A DNA stretch of 64,000 nt from Squalus acanthias (taxonomy: Eukaryota): positions 186,001-250,000 of the forward strand of contig JASTWF010000344.1 in assembly GCA_030390025.1 (NCBI GenBank). The letters run 5' to 3'. The notes beneath the pieces are model-generated. The model worked only from the letters and a program-made list of their open reading frames with translations. It searched no databases and was not told the DNA's origin. This document shows, piece after piece, positions 62,318 to 64,000 of the stretch; position 1 is the first letter of the stretch, and each line of letters starts with the position of its first letter. Made by a program: the position numbers and the translations under genes.

Positions 62318-62480
62318 ACCGCTTTGTGGAACACCTCCATTCAGTCCGTAAGGGGGACCCCGAGCTTCCGGTCGCCTTTCACTTTAATTCTCCGCTCCAC
62401 TCCCACTCAAACCTCACTGTCCTTGGCCTCTTGCATTGTTCCACTGAAGCTCAGCGTAAACTCGAGGAACAGCACCTCAT

Positions 62481-64000
62481 AGATAGAACAGTACAGCACA
62501 GTACAGGCCCTTCGGCCCTCGATGTTGTGCCGAGCATTGTCCGAAACCAAGATCAAGCTATCCCACTCCCTATCACTCTGGTGTGCTCCATGTGCTTATC
62601 CAATAACCGCTTGAAAGTTCCTAAAGTGTCCGACTCCACTATCACAGCAGGCAGTCCATTCCACACCCCAACCACTCTCTGAGTAAAGAATCTACCTCGG
62701 ACATCCCTTCTATATCTCCCCCCATGCACCTTATAGTTATGCCCCCTTGTAACAGCTGCCTCTACCCGAGGAAATAGTCTCTGAACATCCACTCTATCTA
62801 TCCCCCTCATCATCTTATAAACCTCTATTAAGTCGCCTCTCATCCTCCTCCGCTCTAAAGAGAAAAGCCCTAACTCCCTCAATCTTTCCTCATAAGACCT
62901 CCCCCCCAAACCAGGCAGCATCCTGGTAAATCTCCTCTGCACTCTTTCCAATGCTTCCACGTCCTTCCTATAGTGAGGTGACCAGAACTGCACACACTAT
63001 TCCAAATGTGGTCTCACCAAGGTCCTGTACAGTTGCAGCATAACCTCACGGTTCTTAAACTCAAACCCCCTGTTAATAAACGCCAACACACCATAGGCCT
63101 TCTTTACTGCTCTATCCACTTGAGTGGCAACCTTCAGAGATCTGTGGATATGAACCCCCAGATCCCTCTGTTCCTCCACGTTCCTCAGAACCCTGCCGTT
63201 GACCCTGTAATCCTTATTTAAATTTGCCCTACCAAAATGAATCACCTCGCACTTATCAGGGTTAAATTCCATCTGCCATTTTTCGGCCCAGCTCTGCATC
63301 CTATCAATGTCTCTTTGCAGCCTACAACAGCCCTCCACCTCATCCACTACTCCACCAATCTTGGTGTCATCAGCAAATTTACTGATCCACCCTTCAGTCC
63401 CCTCCTCCAAGTCATTGATAAAAATCACAAACAGCAGAGGACCCAGCACCGACCCCTGTGGCACACCGCTGGTAACTGGTCTCCAGTCCGAAAATTTTCC
63501 ATCCACCACCACCCTCTGCCTTCTATGAGATAGCCAGTTACTTATCCAATCGGCCAAATTTCCCTCTATCCCACAACTCCTTACTTTCTTCATGAGCCGA
63601 CCATGGGGAACCTTATCAAACGCCTTACTAAAATCCATGTATACGACATCAACTGCTCTACCTTCATCTACACACTTAGTTACCTCCTCAAAGAATTCAA
63701 TCAAATTTGTTAGGCAAGACTTACCCTTCACGAATCCGTGTTGACTATCCCTGATTAAGTTGCCTCTTTCCAAATGGTCATAAATCCTATCCCTCAGGAC
63801 CTTTTCCATTATCTTACCAACCACCGAAGTAAGACTAACCGGCCTATAATTACCAGGGTCATTCCTATTTCCTTTCTTGAAGAGAGGAACAACATTCGCC
63901 ACTCTCCAGTCCTCTGGCACCATCCCCGTGGGCAGTGAGGACCCAAAGATCAAAGCCAAAGGCTCTGCAATCTCCTCCCTTGCCTCCCAAAGAATCCTAG
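62481..64000 (-). mobile_element. CR1 LINE RT and 3' end, runs off the window
   Basis: ORFs 62997-63959 and 62553-62993 separated by one stop. Confidence 0.92.

Larger units (their letters stand above)
60144..62480 (-). mobile_element. 5'-truncated Penelope-like element with inverted partial repeat
   Basis: RT plus GIY-YIG; 62318-62480 is an inverted copy of 60596-60758. Confidence 0.9.

Overview
Eukaryotic, almost entirely repeat-derived DNA. It is most likely from a cartilaginous fish (shark), because it combines HE1-like V-SINEs, SacSINE1-like Deu-SINEs and very dense CR1 LINEs. The window is a nested pile of CR1 retrotransposons, three near full length (10842-15106, 29647-33741, 42538-47070). 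It also holds L2 and other LINE fragments, a Penelope-like element (RT plus GIY-YIG), a deleted Harbinger transposon (transposase plus intron-containing Myb-like gene), several MITEs and strand-asymmetric satellites. No host gene is recognisable; a few possible exons and a CTCF motif lie in small unique islands. Main observations: (1) ORF1 of several different CR1 subfamilies ends in an in-phase U_UUA_AAC slippery heptamer directly before the stop, and in three copies the -1 frame runs stop-free into ORF2, suggesting programmed -1 frameshifting to an ORF1-ORF2 fusion. (2) Three TSD-flanked palindromic mini-elements are built from Penelope 3' ends with hammerhead ribozyme cores at the apex. (3) The same 33-bp hairpin unit of the Deu-SINE domain is tandemly expanded in two copies. 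(4) One young CR1 family carries a duplicated, A>G-rich 3' tail. Boundaries were read by eye and most are approximate; family names come from recalled motifs, not database searches.
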